This document shows, piece after piece, positions 1 through 9,391 of a stretch of DNA of 64,000 nt. The stretch is from an uncultured Nitrososphaerota archaeon. GTDB lineage: Archaea; Korarchaeota; Korarchaeia; Korarchaeales; Korarchaeaceae. Within the stretch, counting starts at the first letter, position 1. Each line of letters starts with the position of its first letter. The position numbers and the translations under genes are program-made. The notes below the pieces were generated by a model. The model did no database searches and had not been told where the DNA came from. It saw only the letters and a list, made by a program, of their open reading frames with translations. The stretch lies in the NCBI GenBank assembly GCA_964618805.1, contig CAZUBM010000002.1:67013-131012 (forward strand). Direction: 5' to 3'.

Positions 1-1
1 T

Positions 2-802
2 CCAACATTAGGAGCAGTCCTCTCCTCCCTTATTTACGTCCTTGGATGGTCAATCGTTTATTGCTTAGCAACAGGAACCTGGGGGAGCATAAGGTCTTAT
101 CTCTTAACGAGGGGAGCTCTGATACTCTATATCGACGTCTTCATATGCTCATCTGTTGCGGAGGTCTACGCAAAGATAGGTAAACCATCTAGAAAAGCCC
201 TTGCAATCATGGCTTTACTCTCTCTGGTTGCAATCTCTGGCTTCTGGGTTACCGTTAAGAGGAACGAGTGGAGCATTACTAAAGCTTTCCCGGAAAGGGA
301 AGGATGGAAGAAGTTCCACTCGAAAATGGATCTTGTCTGGATTTGGATGGGAGAAAAGGGCATAAACAATTATTATTACCCAGAAACCAGGTTTGCTAGA
401 GAGAAACCAGGATATCAAGTTTGGGTGGGCCTGTACTGGGTACAGGGATGGAATGATGTTGCCGATGTTTCCTTAGATAGCGAGTTTGCCGTATGGGATC
501 AAAACTTCTGGAACGGGGTTCATGGCGTGAAAAATCCATATACATATGTGATTGATGTTCACAACATCACTGAGATCAATTTTAAGGGGTACAAAGCGTA
601 TCTCATGTATGGTGGGATGATCACTCCAAGCGACGTTGAGCCTTATGAAGAAGTGTGGATTGAGGGCTTTTTCATCACATTCTACGACAAGGAAGCTGAC
701 AGAACAGCCATAATATATGCTTGTGCTACCAAGGATAATCTTCCAAGGATGATTGACGAATTGTGGAACTTAGTGAACTCTTGGAAGATAGGCACAGGCT
801 GA
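2..802 (+). CDS. Hypothetical membrane protein with a C-terminal soluble domain, 5' end outside the window
   Basis: The frame of ORF 209..802 stays open back to base 2 (PTLGAVLSSLIYVLGWSIVYCLATG...). Several hydrophobic helices precede a soluble domain. No family recognised. Confidence 0.7.
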   Translation, partial: PTLGAVLSSLIYVLGWSIVYCLATGTWGSIRSYLLTRGALILYIDVFICSSVAEVYAKIGKPSRKALAIMALLSLVAISGFWVTVKRNEWSITKAFPEREGWKKFHSKMDLVWIWMGEKGINNYYYPETRFAREKPGYQVWVGLYWVQGWNDVADVSLDSEFAVWDQNFWNGVHGVKNPYTYVIDVHNITEINFKGYKAYLMYGGMITPSDVEPYEEVWIEGFFITFYDKEADRTAIIYACATKDNLPRMIDELWNLVNSWKIGTG

Positions 803-892
803 GAAGCCACTAAATTAAAGATATCCAACGGACCCTTTATTGTAGATAAGAGGTTATTAGTTTTGTTCTAGTCTCATCCACTTAGATGCATA

Positions 893-1842
893 TTGGAGTT
901 GAGCAAGGAGATATTGCTAAAGATGTTTGAGTCGATGGTAAAAATAAGAAAGTTTGAAGAGAAAGTAGCCGAGCTTTATGCCAAAGGATTAATACATGGA
1001 TTAGCCCACCTGTATATCGGCCAGGAAGCCGTAGCAGTAGGTGTATGCACTGCGTTGAGGGAAGATGACTATATACTAAGTACACATAGAGGCCATGGAC
1101 ACGCAATCGCAAAGGGGTTCCATTATCGGTATTGATGGCAGAACTTATGGGTAAAATCTCTGGTTGCTGTAAGGGACTATCAGGCTCGATGCAACTTGCA
1201 TACTTGAAGAAAGGCCTTGCATTTTCTAGTTCAATTGTTGGAGGTGATGCCCCGATCGCTGTAGGTTTAGCTCTTGCTTGTAAATTAGAGGAAACTGATA
1301 GCGTTGTTGTATCGTTTTTTGGAGACGGCGCGATAAATGCTGGGCATGCACATGAAGCGTTGAATCTAGCAGCGATATGGAAAGCTCCAGTGATATTTGT
1401 CTGAGAAAATAACCTATATGCAATATCAAAACCTGTTTCTAAAATGGTCTCCATAAAGGGTTTGGCTGAACAAGCCTCAGCTTATGGCATACCAAGCGCT
1501 GTTGTTGACCGTAATGATATAATTTCAGTTCATTCCCATGTTATGAAAGCGGTTGAAAGAGCGGGAAACGGTTATGGACCAACGTTCTTGGAATGCAAAA
1601 CTTACAGGTATCTGGGCCATCATTTAGGCGATGTATTACAACCTTATAAAACTAAGTTAGAAGTGGAAGAGTGGAAGAAAAGAGATCCTATAGACTGATT
1701 TAAGACATACTTACTAAAAAATGAGTTAGTAAGCCATCATGATTTAGAATCGATAGCTCAAGAGGTGAAAACCGAAATTGAGTTAGCCGTCAAAACCGCT
1801 GTAGAATCACCTTATCCGAGTTTAAGTCAATTAAATCTATAA
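893..1842 (+). pseudogene. TPP-dependent 2-oxoacid/acetoin dehydrogenase E1 alpha subunit, disrupted
   Basis: Motifs [31 protein letters not shown] and TYRYLGH. One G is missing in the run at about 1114-1117 (restoring it gives [13 protein letters not shown]). In-frame TGA at 1402-1404 and 1696-1698. The frame continues to TAA at 1840-1842. No E1 beta gene follows. Confidence 0.88.
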
Positions 1843-1976
1843 GTGTTAAGTTAGCTCGAGACCTACTTTGTTTACCTTTGTTCTGCTGAGATTTTTCCCT
1901 GTAAGACATCTTGCAGCCAAGCCGATCAATAAAACTTCAATTTGAATCGTTTGTTTATTCAACTGCTTTGCTTCTA

Positions 1977-3848
1977 CTAACTCCCGTAAATAACGGGTAT
2001 GATAAAGTCTAGGCCAAGTTCTCTCAATTTTTCTATTGAAGGTCTTCCCTGTTCATCATATCCCCGCTCTTTATAATACTCCTCTAGCATTATGTCTAAA
2101 TTAACCGTTTGTCCCTTTATTGCACCATCTGGCACTGGTTCTTTTAAGAACCTCTCTGGGAGTCTATCATCCTTGCGATCTATGCCCATTTTTATATTAA
2201 AAGCTCTTTCTATAAGCCATATCCTTTCTGCTGCTTTTAATAACTCTTCAAGGGTCACCTTAAACCCGGTTGCTGCGACGTAAAGATCTGCTAAGAGCGT
2301 TAATGGTACCCTAGGGAAGAAATAATTGAATTTACACGCACCTATGGCATCAATAAATGTGCAAGCATCCTGATGAATTTTTGTAATTTTACCTTTTCCT
2401 TTTTCTATAAATGGATCGACTTTAGTATCAAGACCTAGTTCTGGGCTTAAAATTCCGCGTTCTACGTAACCTGGACTACCTCTGTTATGGCATGCGCCTC
2501 TATTACATGTAGCATACTGCAATCCCATTGCTTTAAGTCTGTAAGGATTGTGAAATGGGAGTTCGAGTCCCTTCACATGCATTGCATACCTATTAGAGCC
2601 CTTACCTATAATTTTCGCTGCCTGTTTAACCCCCTCTCCTAAAATGGCCCCGAATCCTTCTTTTTTAACTATTAGTTCTATCATTTTTAGCATGGTGTCA
2701 GGGTCACCCCATCGAAGTTCTATTCCTCCAGTGTCCCCTTCTGAAATTATGCCTTTCTCAAATAGTTCCATTGCAAAAGCTATAGCTGATCCTGCTGAGA
2801 TGGTATCTACTCCATAGTCATTACATATATAATTCCCCTTTGCAATTGATTGTAAGTTAGAGTTCATAATCAACGAACCTAGTGCGGCTATGGTCTCATA
2901 TTCGGGACCTGCAACTTCCCCCGGTAGTGCATATGGACCTTCTTCGATTTTAACCACCCTACCACAAGCCATCGGGCACCCAAAGCAAGACTTACTTCTG
3001 ACTAAAATTGTTTCTGCCATCTTCTGACCACTGATTTCATATGCCGCCGGAAAAGTACCTCTTGACCAGTTCTTTACTGGCAAATTACCCATTTGCTCAA
3101 ATGCTACCACACCCGCTGAAGTTCCATATAACCTAAAGTTCTTGGCAGCCGTGCTCTCTACTATGATTTTAAGAATTTTCTCTTTGACAGAATTGAACTT
3201 ATCTTCATCATCCACCTTTATTTCTCCTTCTCCCCTTACAGCTATTGCTTTAAGATTTTTAGATCCCATAACAGATCCTAAACCACACCTTCCAGCAGCT
3301 CTCCAATCATCACTTATTACATTAGCTATTCTAACAAGTTTTTCACCCGAGGGACCAATGCCTATAATACTAGTTTTAGAATCCTTCAGTTCATCTTTAA
3401 TTGTTTTGAAAGTTTCATGTAGTCCTTTTCCCCAAAGATTAGATGCGTTTCTAATTTCAACGTCTTCATCCTTGATCCATATATACACTGGTTTTTCTGA
3501 TTTACCCTCAACCACAACCGCATCATATCCCGCCCATTTTAATTGAATCCCAGCAAATGCTGAAAAAATTGCATCTCCCCAGCAGTTTGTTAGAGGAGAC
3601 TTTGAAATGACTATAGACTTATTTATTGCCGGTCCTCTAGTCCCGACAAGTGCTCCAGTAGCCCAAATGAATAGATTCTCCGGATCATAAGGCTGAGTCT
3701 GCTGGTTTATTTCTTCAAACATTTTACGAGCTACTATTCCCAATGCCCCAATATACTTCTCAGCTTCTTGAGTATTCCATGTCTCTACTTTTATGTCATT
3801 AGTAGAGAGATTAACTCTTAGGATTCTTCCAATTAGAACCCTAGACAT
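1977..3848 (-). CDS. aor: Tungsten-dependent aldehyde:ferredoxin oxidoreductase (AOR family)
   Basis: GRILRVNLS N-terminus, AAGRCGLGSVMGSKNLKAI, Fe-S motif CFGCPMAC, GPEYET, and C-terminal YYKERGYDEQGRP. Confidence 0.93.
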   Translation of the reverse strand: MSRVLIGRILRVNLSTNDIKVETWNTQEAEKYIGALGIVARKMFEEINQQTQPYDPENLFIWATGALVGTRGPAINKSIVISKSPLTNCWGDAIFSAFAGIQLKWAGYDAVVVEGKSEKPVYIWIKDEDVEIRNASNLWGKGLHETFKTIKDELKDSKTSIIGIGPSGEKLVRIANVISDDWRAAGRCGLGSVMGSKNLKAIAVRGEGEIKVDDEDKFNSVKEKILKIIVESTAAKNFRLYGTSAGVVAFEQMGNLPVKNWSRGTFPAAYEISGQKMAETILVRSKSCFGCPMACGRVVKIEEGPYALPGEVAGPEYETIAALGSLIMNSNLQSIAKGNYICNDYGVDTISAGSAIAFAMELFEKGIISEGDTGGIELRWGDPDTMLKMIELIVKKEGFGAILGEGVKQAAKIIGKGSNRYAMHVKGLELPFHNPYRLKAMGLQYATCNRGACHNRGSPGYVERGILSPELGLDTKVDPFIEKGKGKITKIHQDACTFIDAIGACKFNYFFPRVPLTLLADLYVAATGFKVTLEELLKAAERIWLIERAFNIKMGIDRKDDRLPERFLKEPVPDGAIKGQTVNLDIMLEEYYKERGYDEQGRPSIEKLRELGLDFIIPVIYGS

Positions 3849-3880
3849 TAGGTGACACCTAGTCTCTCTGGTTCTCTCTT

Positions 3881-4042
3881 TTAAAATTCTTTAATAAAAG
3901 CCATCAATGCTTTCTTGAAGGACTCCATCGGGGCTCTAACTATTCCAGCACCTACTTGGCCTATACCTGGCTCTTTATGAGCTATTGCTGTGTTAATAAA
4001 AGGGAGCATTCCAGTTTCTATGACTTTTCTAAGATCTATACT
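3881..4042 (-). pseudogene. C-terminal remnant of a DUF1116 (YahG/YlbE-like) protein
   Basis: Manual translation gives SIDLRKVIETGMLPFINTAIAHKEPGIGQVGAGIVRAPMESFKKALMAFIKEF*, which matches the DUF1116 C-terminal signature as I recall it. Upstream in-frame stop at about 4088. The rest of the gene is absent. Confidence 0.72.
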
Positions 4043-4604
4043 CGTTCTCCTTGATGATATCTGAAGCTTGGGAGACTCGACAACTACCTAGAACTAAATT
4101 TATCGAGCATGCAAAGTATTATGGGGTGAATACCCTTAAATAGGCAAGTTTAGGAGATGAAGAGAGGAGAAGATGGTTTTGAGATAATAAGCAAGAGGAG
4201 AAAACTTAAGCCAAGTGCTTGATATCGGCAACAAGTCCCTTTATCTTCAACATGCAACCTTCCAGGTTATTTTGTCAACTTCTGTTCCTGCTCAAGAACT
4301 CTGCTGTTGCTTATTACAAAGAGCTTCTGCTGAGAAGTAACCTCAAGTTCTTTCCATTCCTTTAACTGATTTCTCTCGATGTTTCAATTTCCAGCGCAAT
4401 GAATATTTTCAGCAACACCCTTCAGATCAATATTAGAGTTTCTCTCTCAACTCATAGTCATAGACCTCTCTAATATCTCCTTTCTGTCAGAAGTTAGGAT
4501 AGAACCTTTAAAATTTGAAAGAAAGCAGCGAAATATGCCATTTATACACTTTTAATTTAAAAGACCTCTTTGAAAGATAAAAAGAAAAGGGAAGTATATG
4601 GATG

Positions 4605-5909
4605 TCAATCCCTTTCTTCCCACGATGGAGCTGGCCAAACAGGATCTGTGGTGGCGTACTCTATAGGCCAAACTATCCTAAAGGACCCTTCTCTTATTTG
4701 CGCTAAACATATGGCTGTATGAGGATTCTGTCCCTCCTTTGTCAAATCAATCTTTGAGTAGGGTAATATTACGTTCACTTCCTCAGAAGGAAGCTCCAAC
4801 ACTACGGAGGCGAGTGCGTCCCTAACCTTTTCTGGTTCTATCGATCCAGCTTTTTCTATAGCATAATAAAGGATCCATGTAGAGGAGTAACAGTCCGCAG
4901 AGATGCCAGTCATATCATAGCCGTATTTCTTTTTGAACTCCTCATTGATCCACTTGAATTGAGATAATTTTGGTGAGAGCAAAAGGTCTGGTTGCCACTC
5001 TGTCTGAGTGAGTACATACTCGCAATCCTTGCCGAGACCCTTTATATAATCAGGATGAGTTTGTCCAGCTGCTCCTAGGCCCATATATGCCTTTGGATAC
5101 CATCCCATTGCCTTTAACGTCTTCATAAAGAGTATACAATCATCAGTATAGCCCACATGCACTACTATGTCAGGGTTAGCAGCCTTCAGCTTTGTGACCA
5201 GAGGGCTAAAGTCGGCTATAGGATATGGATAAGCTTCCTCAAAGGTTACTTCATATCCTGGCGCCAATTGTTCGAGATATTCCTTGAAGCCATCAGCGCT
5301 TGATATTCCAAACTCATCATTAACATAGACCAAGCCGATGGTCTTAAAATTCGTTCCAGCTCTCTCATTAAGATCTAATATGGCTTTAACAGCATCTCTC
5401 CCGTACCAAGAGGCCTTTCCATGAATCCTAAAGACATATTTGTAGCCTCTTTCCGTTATCTCATCAGCTATTGCATCTGCCACCATGAAAGGAATCTTAT
5501 ACTTCTCTGCTACCCCAGCTACAGGAAGGGTTACAGCACTCTGATAACAGCCTGTGAGCACATGGACCTTCTCAACCGTTATCAGCCTTTCTGCCTCACT
5601 CATTCCAACTTCAGGCTTACTGGCGCTGTCAGCCCATATAGGTACAAGCCTCGCTCCCCCAAGCGATTTTATTCCTCCAGCTGCATTTATGTGCTCTATT
5701 GCCAGCTCTATGCCCTGCTTGGCTAACATACCGCATTTTGCAGCTCCACCAGTAAGAGGGAGTACAACACCGACTTTGATCTCCTCAACTTTGGGCTTTA
5801 CCGCAGCTCTATAGACATAATACCCGCCGATAGCAGCAATAATTAAGATTGCAATCACAATCAGTATGAGCGTGGTTCTAGCAATCCCCCTTCTTCTCAT
5901 CTCGTTCAC
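4605..5909 (-). CDS. livK: Liv/HAAT-family ABC transporter substrate-binding protein, N-terminal membrane anchor
   Basis: N-terminal TM helix, IKVGVVLPLTG, AIEHINAAGGIKSLGG, periplasmic binding protein type 1 pattern. Confidence 0.9.
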   Translation of the reverse strand: MNEMRRRGIARTTLILIVIAILIIAAIGGYYVYRAAVKPKVEEIKVGVVLPLTGGAAKCGMLAKQGIELAIEHINAAGGIKSLGGARLVPIWADSASKPEVGMSEAERLITVEKVHVLTGCYQSAVTLPVAGVAEKYKIPFMVADAIADEITERGYKYVFRIHGKASWYGRDAVKAILDLNERAGTNFKTIGLVYVNDEFGISSADGFKEYLEQLAPGYEVTFEEAYPYPIADFSPLVTKLKAANPDIVVHVGYTDDCILFMKTLKAMGWYPKAYMGLGAAGQTHPDYIKGLGKDCEYVLTQTEWQPDLLLSPKLSQFKWINEEFKKKYGYDMTGISADCYSSTWILYYAIEKAGSIEPEKVRDALASVVLELPSEEVNVILPYSKIDLTKEGQNPHTAICLAQIREGSFRIVWPIEYATTDPVWPAPSWEERD

Positions 5910-6014
5910 CTTGATCTTATTCTTATTATTCTTGTAAATTGGTTTTGAGATAAAGAATAAAAATATTAAGGTAAAATTTCTTACTTTAAATCAATTGCAA
6001 TTATAAGGAGATGA

Positions 6015-6899
6015 ATGAAGATGATAACACTTGAAGTTTTGCTCCAAATACTGGTCTCCGGGGTCCTATTAGGAGGTATATATGCGCTTGCTTCCCTAGG
6101 ACTGGGCCTTTCCTGGGGAATAGTTCACGTAATAAATTTTGCTCACGGCGAGTGGATACTTCTCTCCATGTATGCCTCTTACTGGCTCGTTAACCTCTTT
6201 GGCGTTGATCCTTTATTGCTTATACCCCTTAGTGCTCTAATTGGAGCTGGAATAGGGGTCTTCACACAAAAATTCTTGGTGGAGACAACCGAAAGAGGAG
6301 GGGCTTTAGCTACAATACTTTCAACCTTCGGCCTGTCCTTAACGATAATAGGCACAAGTCAACTACTTTGGAAATCCTATGCAAGGACAATACCAAACAG
6401 GTATATTGAGATGGTCATCAAAGTTGGAGTAATAAGGATCTCAGGCGCTCACTTCGTGTCCTTTTTAGTAGCTATCGCCTTAATCACGTCCATTTACATA
6501 CTTTTTAAGAAAACTCTCACCGGAAAGGCAATACTCGCTAGTTCTGAGATATTTGGCGACGCAGAAGTTGCGCTCTTAATGGGAGTGAACGTTAAAAGAA
6601 TAAAACTGTTAACAATGGCTCTTGCTGGAATTTCAGCTGGTATAGCTGGAAATCTCATTGCTACATTTTATTATATTCATCCCTACATCGGGATGCTTTG
6701 GTGCATCTTGGCGTTCGTAGTCGTAGTTCTTGCAGGGCTGGGAAGCTTAAAGGGAATCATAATAGCGGGGGTGATAGTTGGGATATTAGAGTGTTTGGGA
6801 AGCCTTATTATAGGGACTGCCTACAGCTACATCCTTGTCTTTCTAGCCTTCATTCTAACCCTTTATTTGAGACCTAGGGGGTTGATGGGCAGAAGGTGA
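6015..6899 (+). CDS. livH: Liv-type ABC permease (LivH family)
   Basis: GGIYALASLGLGLSWGIVHVINFAHGE and VVVLAGLGSLKG. Confidence 0.9.
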   Translation: MKMITLEVLLQILVSGVLLGGIYALASLGLGLSWGIVHVINFAHGEWILLSMYASYWLVNLFGVDPLLLIPLSALIGAGIGVFTQKFLVETTERGGALATILSTFGLSLTIIGTSQLLWKSYARTIPNRYIEMVIKVGVIRISGAHFVSFLVAIALITSIYILFKKTLTGKAILASSEIFGDAEVALLMGVNVKRIKLLTMALAGISAGIAGNLIATFYYIHPYIGMLWCILAFVVVVLAGLGSLKGIIIAGVIVGILECLGSLIIGTAYSYILVFLAFILTLYLRPRGLMGRR

Positions 6900-6905
6900 A
6901 CAAAT

Positions 6906-7913
6906 ATGCTCAGCGAAATCCTCAGATCTAAGCCCTTCGAGAATATCCTCAAGCTTTCAATCTTGCTAATCGCAATCTCTCTACCATTTAAGCTTCTCAA
7001 GCTTCACTTCGTTCTGTATGTAATGACACTAATACTACTATATGGGTACCTAGGCCAGTGTTGGAACATACTTTACGGCTACGCTGGTCAGCTGTCATTT
7101 GGTCACGCAGCCTTTTTGGGAATGGGGGCATATGTCTCCACGATTTTGTTGTTGAGATTTGGGATTACGCCGTGGGTAGGTATGCTGGTAAGCGGAGCTG
7201 CTTGCGCTCTCTTTGCCCTTATCATAGGTTTTCCGCTGTTAAGGCTCAAAGGAGCTTACTTCGCTCTAGCAACGCTTGGGATGGCTGAAGTAGTTAGGCT
7301 GATAGTCTTGAGACTTGACTTCATAACAGGAGGAGGAAGGGGCCTGTTACTTCCTGTCGTCACATCACCACGGCTTTTTCTATTCGGCGACATATGGCAT
7401 TGGTTTCTCATAGCCCTGGGGATGCTCATCTTTCTCCTAGCCGTTTCATATAAAATAGAAGGATCTAGGCTAGGGATGGGATTCAAAGCCATAAAACAGG
7501 ATGAGGAAGCTTCCTCATCCGTTGGAGTTGATGTCTTTAAGTATAAGATAATTGCTCTTTTACTAACGGCTTTCTTTACTGGAATTGGAGGGACGTTTTA
7601 TGCACAGCTTGTAGGATACATAAGGCCTGACACAATTCTTACACCTGAAAGATCAGATGAGATAGTCGTAGTTGCAGTTATAGGGGGGACTGGTACTCTA
7701 TGGGGCCCATTAATTGGCTCAACCATTCTACTCTCCATAAGACAGCTCATTTATTCTCTCTTAGGGGGGAGTTATGCGGGAGTTCACCTCATAGTATATG
7801 GGATATTGATTATATTGATAGTAACGTTTGCTCCTGAAGGGCTCTGTTTGACACTTAAGAGGAAGATTTTAGGCATAGCAGAAGGAGCTAGATCCCCAGG
7901 TAAGCTTTCTTGA
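6906..7913 (+). CDS. livM: Liv-type ABC permease (LivM family)
   Basis: WNILYGYAGQLSFGHAAF, LRLKGAYFALATLG and IGGTGTLWGP. Confidence 0.9.
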   Translation: MLSEILRSKPFENILKLSILLIAISLPFKLLKLHFVLYVMTLILLYGYLGQCWNILYGYAGQLSFGHAAFLGMGAYVSTILLLRFGITPWVGMLVSGAACALFALIIGFPLLRLKGAYFALATLGMAEVVRLIVLRLDFITGGGRGLLLPVVTSPRLFLFGDIWHWFLIALGMLIFLLAVSYKIEGSRLGMGFKAIKQDEEASSSVGVDVFKYKIIALLLTAFFTGIGGTFYAQLVGYIRPDTILTPERSDEIVVVAVIGGTGTLWGPLIGSTILLSIRQLIYSLLGGSYAGVHLIVYGILIILIVTFAPEGLCLTLKRKILGIAEGARSPGKLS

Positions 7914-8604
7914 CTCGTTCATCCCTCAGCAATTCCTCGCCTTTTCCCTCTAAGATGATCCTACCATTTTCCAACACATACGCCCTATCGGCCAGTTTGA
8001 GGGCCATTGCTGCGTTCTGCTCCACTAACAATACAGTTATGCCGTGTTCCTTATTAAGCATATTTATCACGTCCAGAACTGAGGAGGCTAATTTTGGAGC
8101 TAAACCAAGAGACGGCTCATCTAGCATCATAAAATCGGCCATTGACATTAGGCCTCTTCCAATCGCAAGCATCTGCTGTTCACCTCCGCTAAGGGTAATG
8201 GCCATTTGGTTCTCCCTCTCTCTCAGGACAGGAAAGAGATCATAGACCATCTCTAGGTTCTCCCTCAACCTTTTTCTTGCTCTAGGATTGAAGGCGCCCA
8301 TCTCTAGGTTCTCCCTAACTGTTAGATAAGGGAAGGGACGTCTGCCCTCTGGGATGTATATAATTCCTAAATTCACCCTTTCATAAACTGGTAGATTGTT
8401 TATATTCGCTTCATTGTACTTAATCTCACCCTTTCTTACAGGTAGTAAGCCTGCTATTGCTCTTAGCAAGGTTGTTTTTCCCGAACCATTTGAACCTACA
8501 ACACTCACGAATTCTCCTCTATCTATGCGAAGGTTTGCGCCCCTTAGCACAATCAGGTCTCCATAACCTACCTCTAGATCCTTTATCTCCAACAGAACGC
8601 TCAA
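7888..8604 (-). CDS. livF: Liv-type ABC ATPase (LivF family)
   Basis: Walker A GSNGSGKT, LSGGEQQMLAIGR, LDEPSLGLAP and VEQN. Confidence 0.92.
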   Translation of the reverse strand: MSVLLEIKDLEVGYGDLIVLRGANLRIDRGEFVSVVGSNGSGKTTLLRAIAGLLPVRKGEIKYNEANINNLPVYERVNLGIIYIPEGRRPFPYLTVRENLEMGAFNPRARKRLRENLEMVYDLFPVLRERENQMAITLSGGEQQMLAIGRGLMSMADFMMLDEPSLGLAPKLASSVLDVINMLNKEHGITVLLVEQNAAMALKLADRAYVLENGRIILEGKGEELLRDERVKKAYLGI

Positions 8605-9341
8605 AATACGTATCTCCTCCCCAAATAGGCCTCTATCACTTTCTCATCTCTAGAGATTTCAGCCGGAGAGCCCTCAGCTATTTTTTTCCCGTAATGAAGC
8701 ACAATAATCCTCTCAGCTACGCCCATAATGGCTCCCATTACGTGCTCTATCCAAAAAACTGTGACTTTAAGCTCATCTCTTATCCTCCTAATCAATTTGC
8801 AGGCCTCTTTAATCTCAGCAGGATTAAGACCTGAGAGGGGTTCATCTAAGAGGAGGATCTTAGGCTCCGTGGCGAGTGCTCTTGCTATCTCAAGAAACTT
8901 CCTCTCAACTAGGTTTAAGCTACTTGCTAAAATGCCTTTCTTATCACTAAGACCTACAAAATCTATGTACTGAGAGGCAATCTCATTGGCTTCATCTTGG
9001 TTGATTTTAGTGCAAGATCCAAATAAAACCCCCATCATAACGTTCTCCTGGACGGTATATTGAGGGAAGGGCTTAACTATCTGGAAGGTTCTTGCTATTC
9101 CAAGCCTGCATATTTGATGGGGTTTAAGTCCAACAAGCTCCATCTCCTTAAACTTGACAGATCCTTGATCTGGATATACAAAGCCAGTTATTACGTTAAA
9201 TAAAGTGGTTTTACCAGCCCCATTCGGACCTATCAGGCCTAATATCTCGCCTTCCATCAAACTAAAGCTGATATTATCAAGAGCAATTACCCCTCCAAAT
9301 CGTTTAGATATAGCCCTTCCCTCAAGAATCTGACCCAACAA
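8601..9341 (-). CDS. livG: Liv-type ABC ATPase (LivG family)
   Basis: GPNGAGKTT, GIARTFQ, LLDEP, IEH and C-terminal VIEAYLG. Confidence 0.92.
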   Translation of the reverse strand: MLGQILEGRAISKRFGGVIALDNISFSLMEGEILGLIGPNGAGKTTLFNVITGFVYPDQGSVKFKEMELVGLKPHQICRLGIARTFQIVKPFPQYTVQENVMMGVLFGSCTKINQDEANEIASQYIDFVGLSDKKGILASSLNLVERKFLEIARALATEPKILLLDEPLSGLNPAEIKEACKLIRRIRDELKVTVFWIEHVMGAIMGVAERIIVLHYGKKIAEGSPAEISRDEKVIEAYLGRRYVF

Positions 9342-9391
9342 ATCACCTAGGTTCTATTTAACTTTGTTTATCTTGGAAATTTGGAATTAGG

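Noticed and set aside
1402-1404. TGA at a Cys position in E1 alpha as possible selenocysteine
   Set aside because: The same gene has a frameshift and a second TGA at an Arg-type position, and TGA is a normal stop elsewhere in the window. Pseudogenisation is the simpler explanation.
4140-4500. Possible degraded ORF on the minus strand (…RKEILERSMTMS*ERNSNIDLKGVAE…)
   Set aside because: Multiple stops and only a vague likeness to AAA-ATPase lid sequences. Not supportable.
8247-8316. 19-bp direct repeat CCATCTCTAGGTTCTCCCT inside livF (8247-8265 and 8298-8316)
   Set aside because: It encodes RENLEM twice within an intact ATPase. Only two copies, with no spacer array or mobile-element context.
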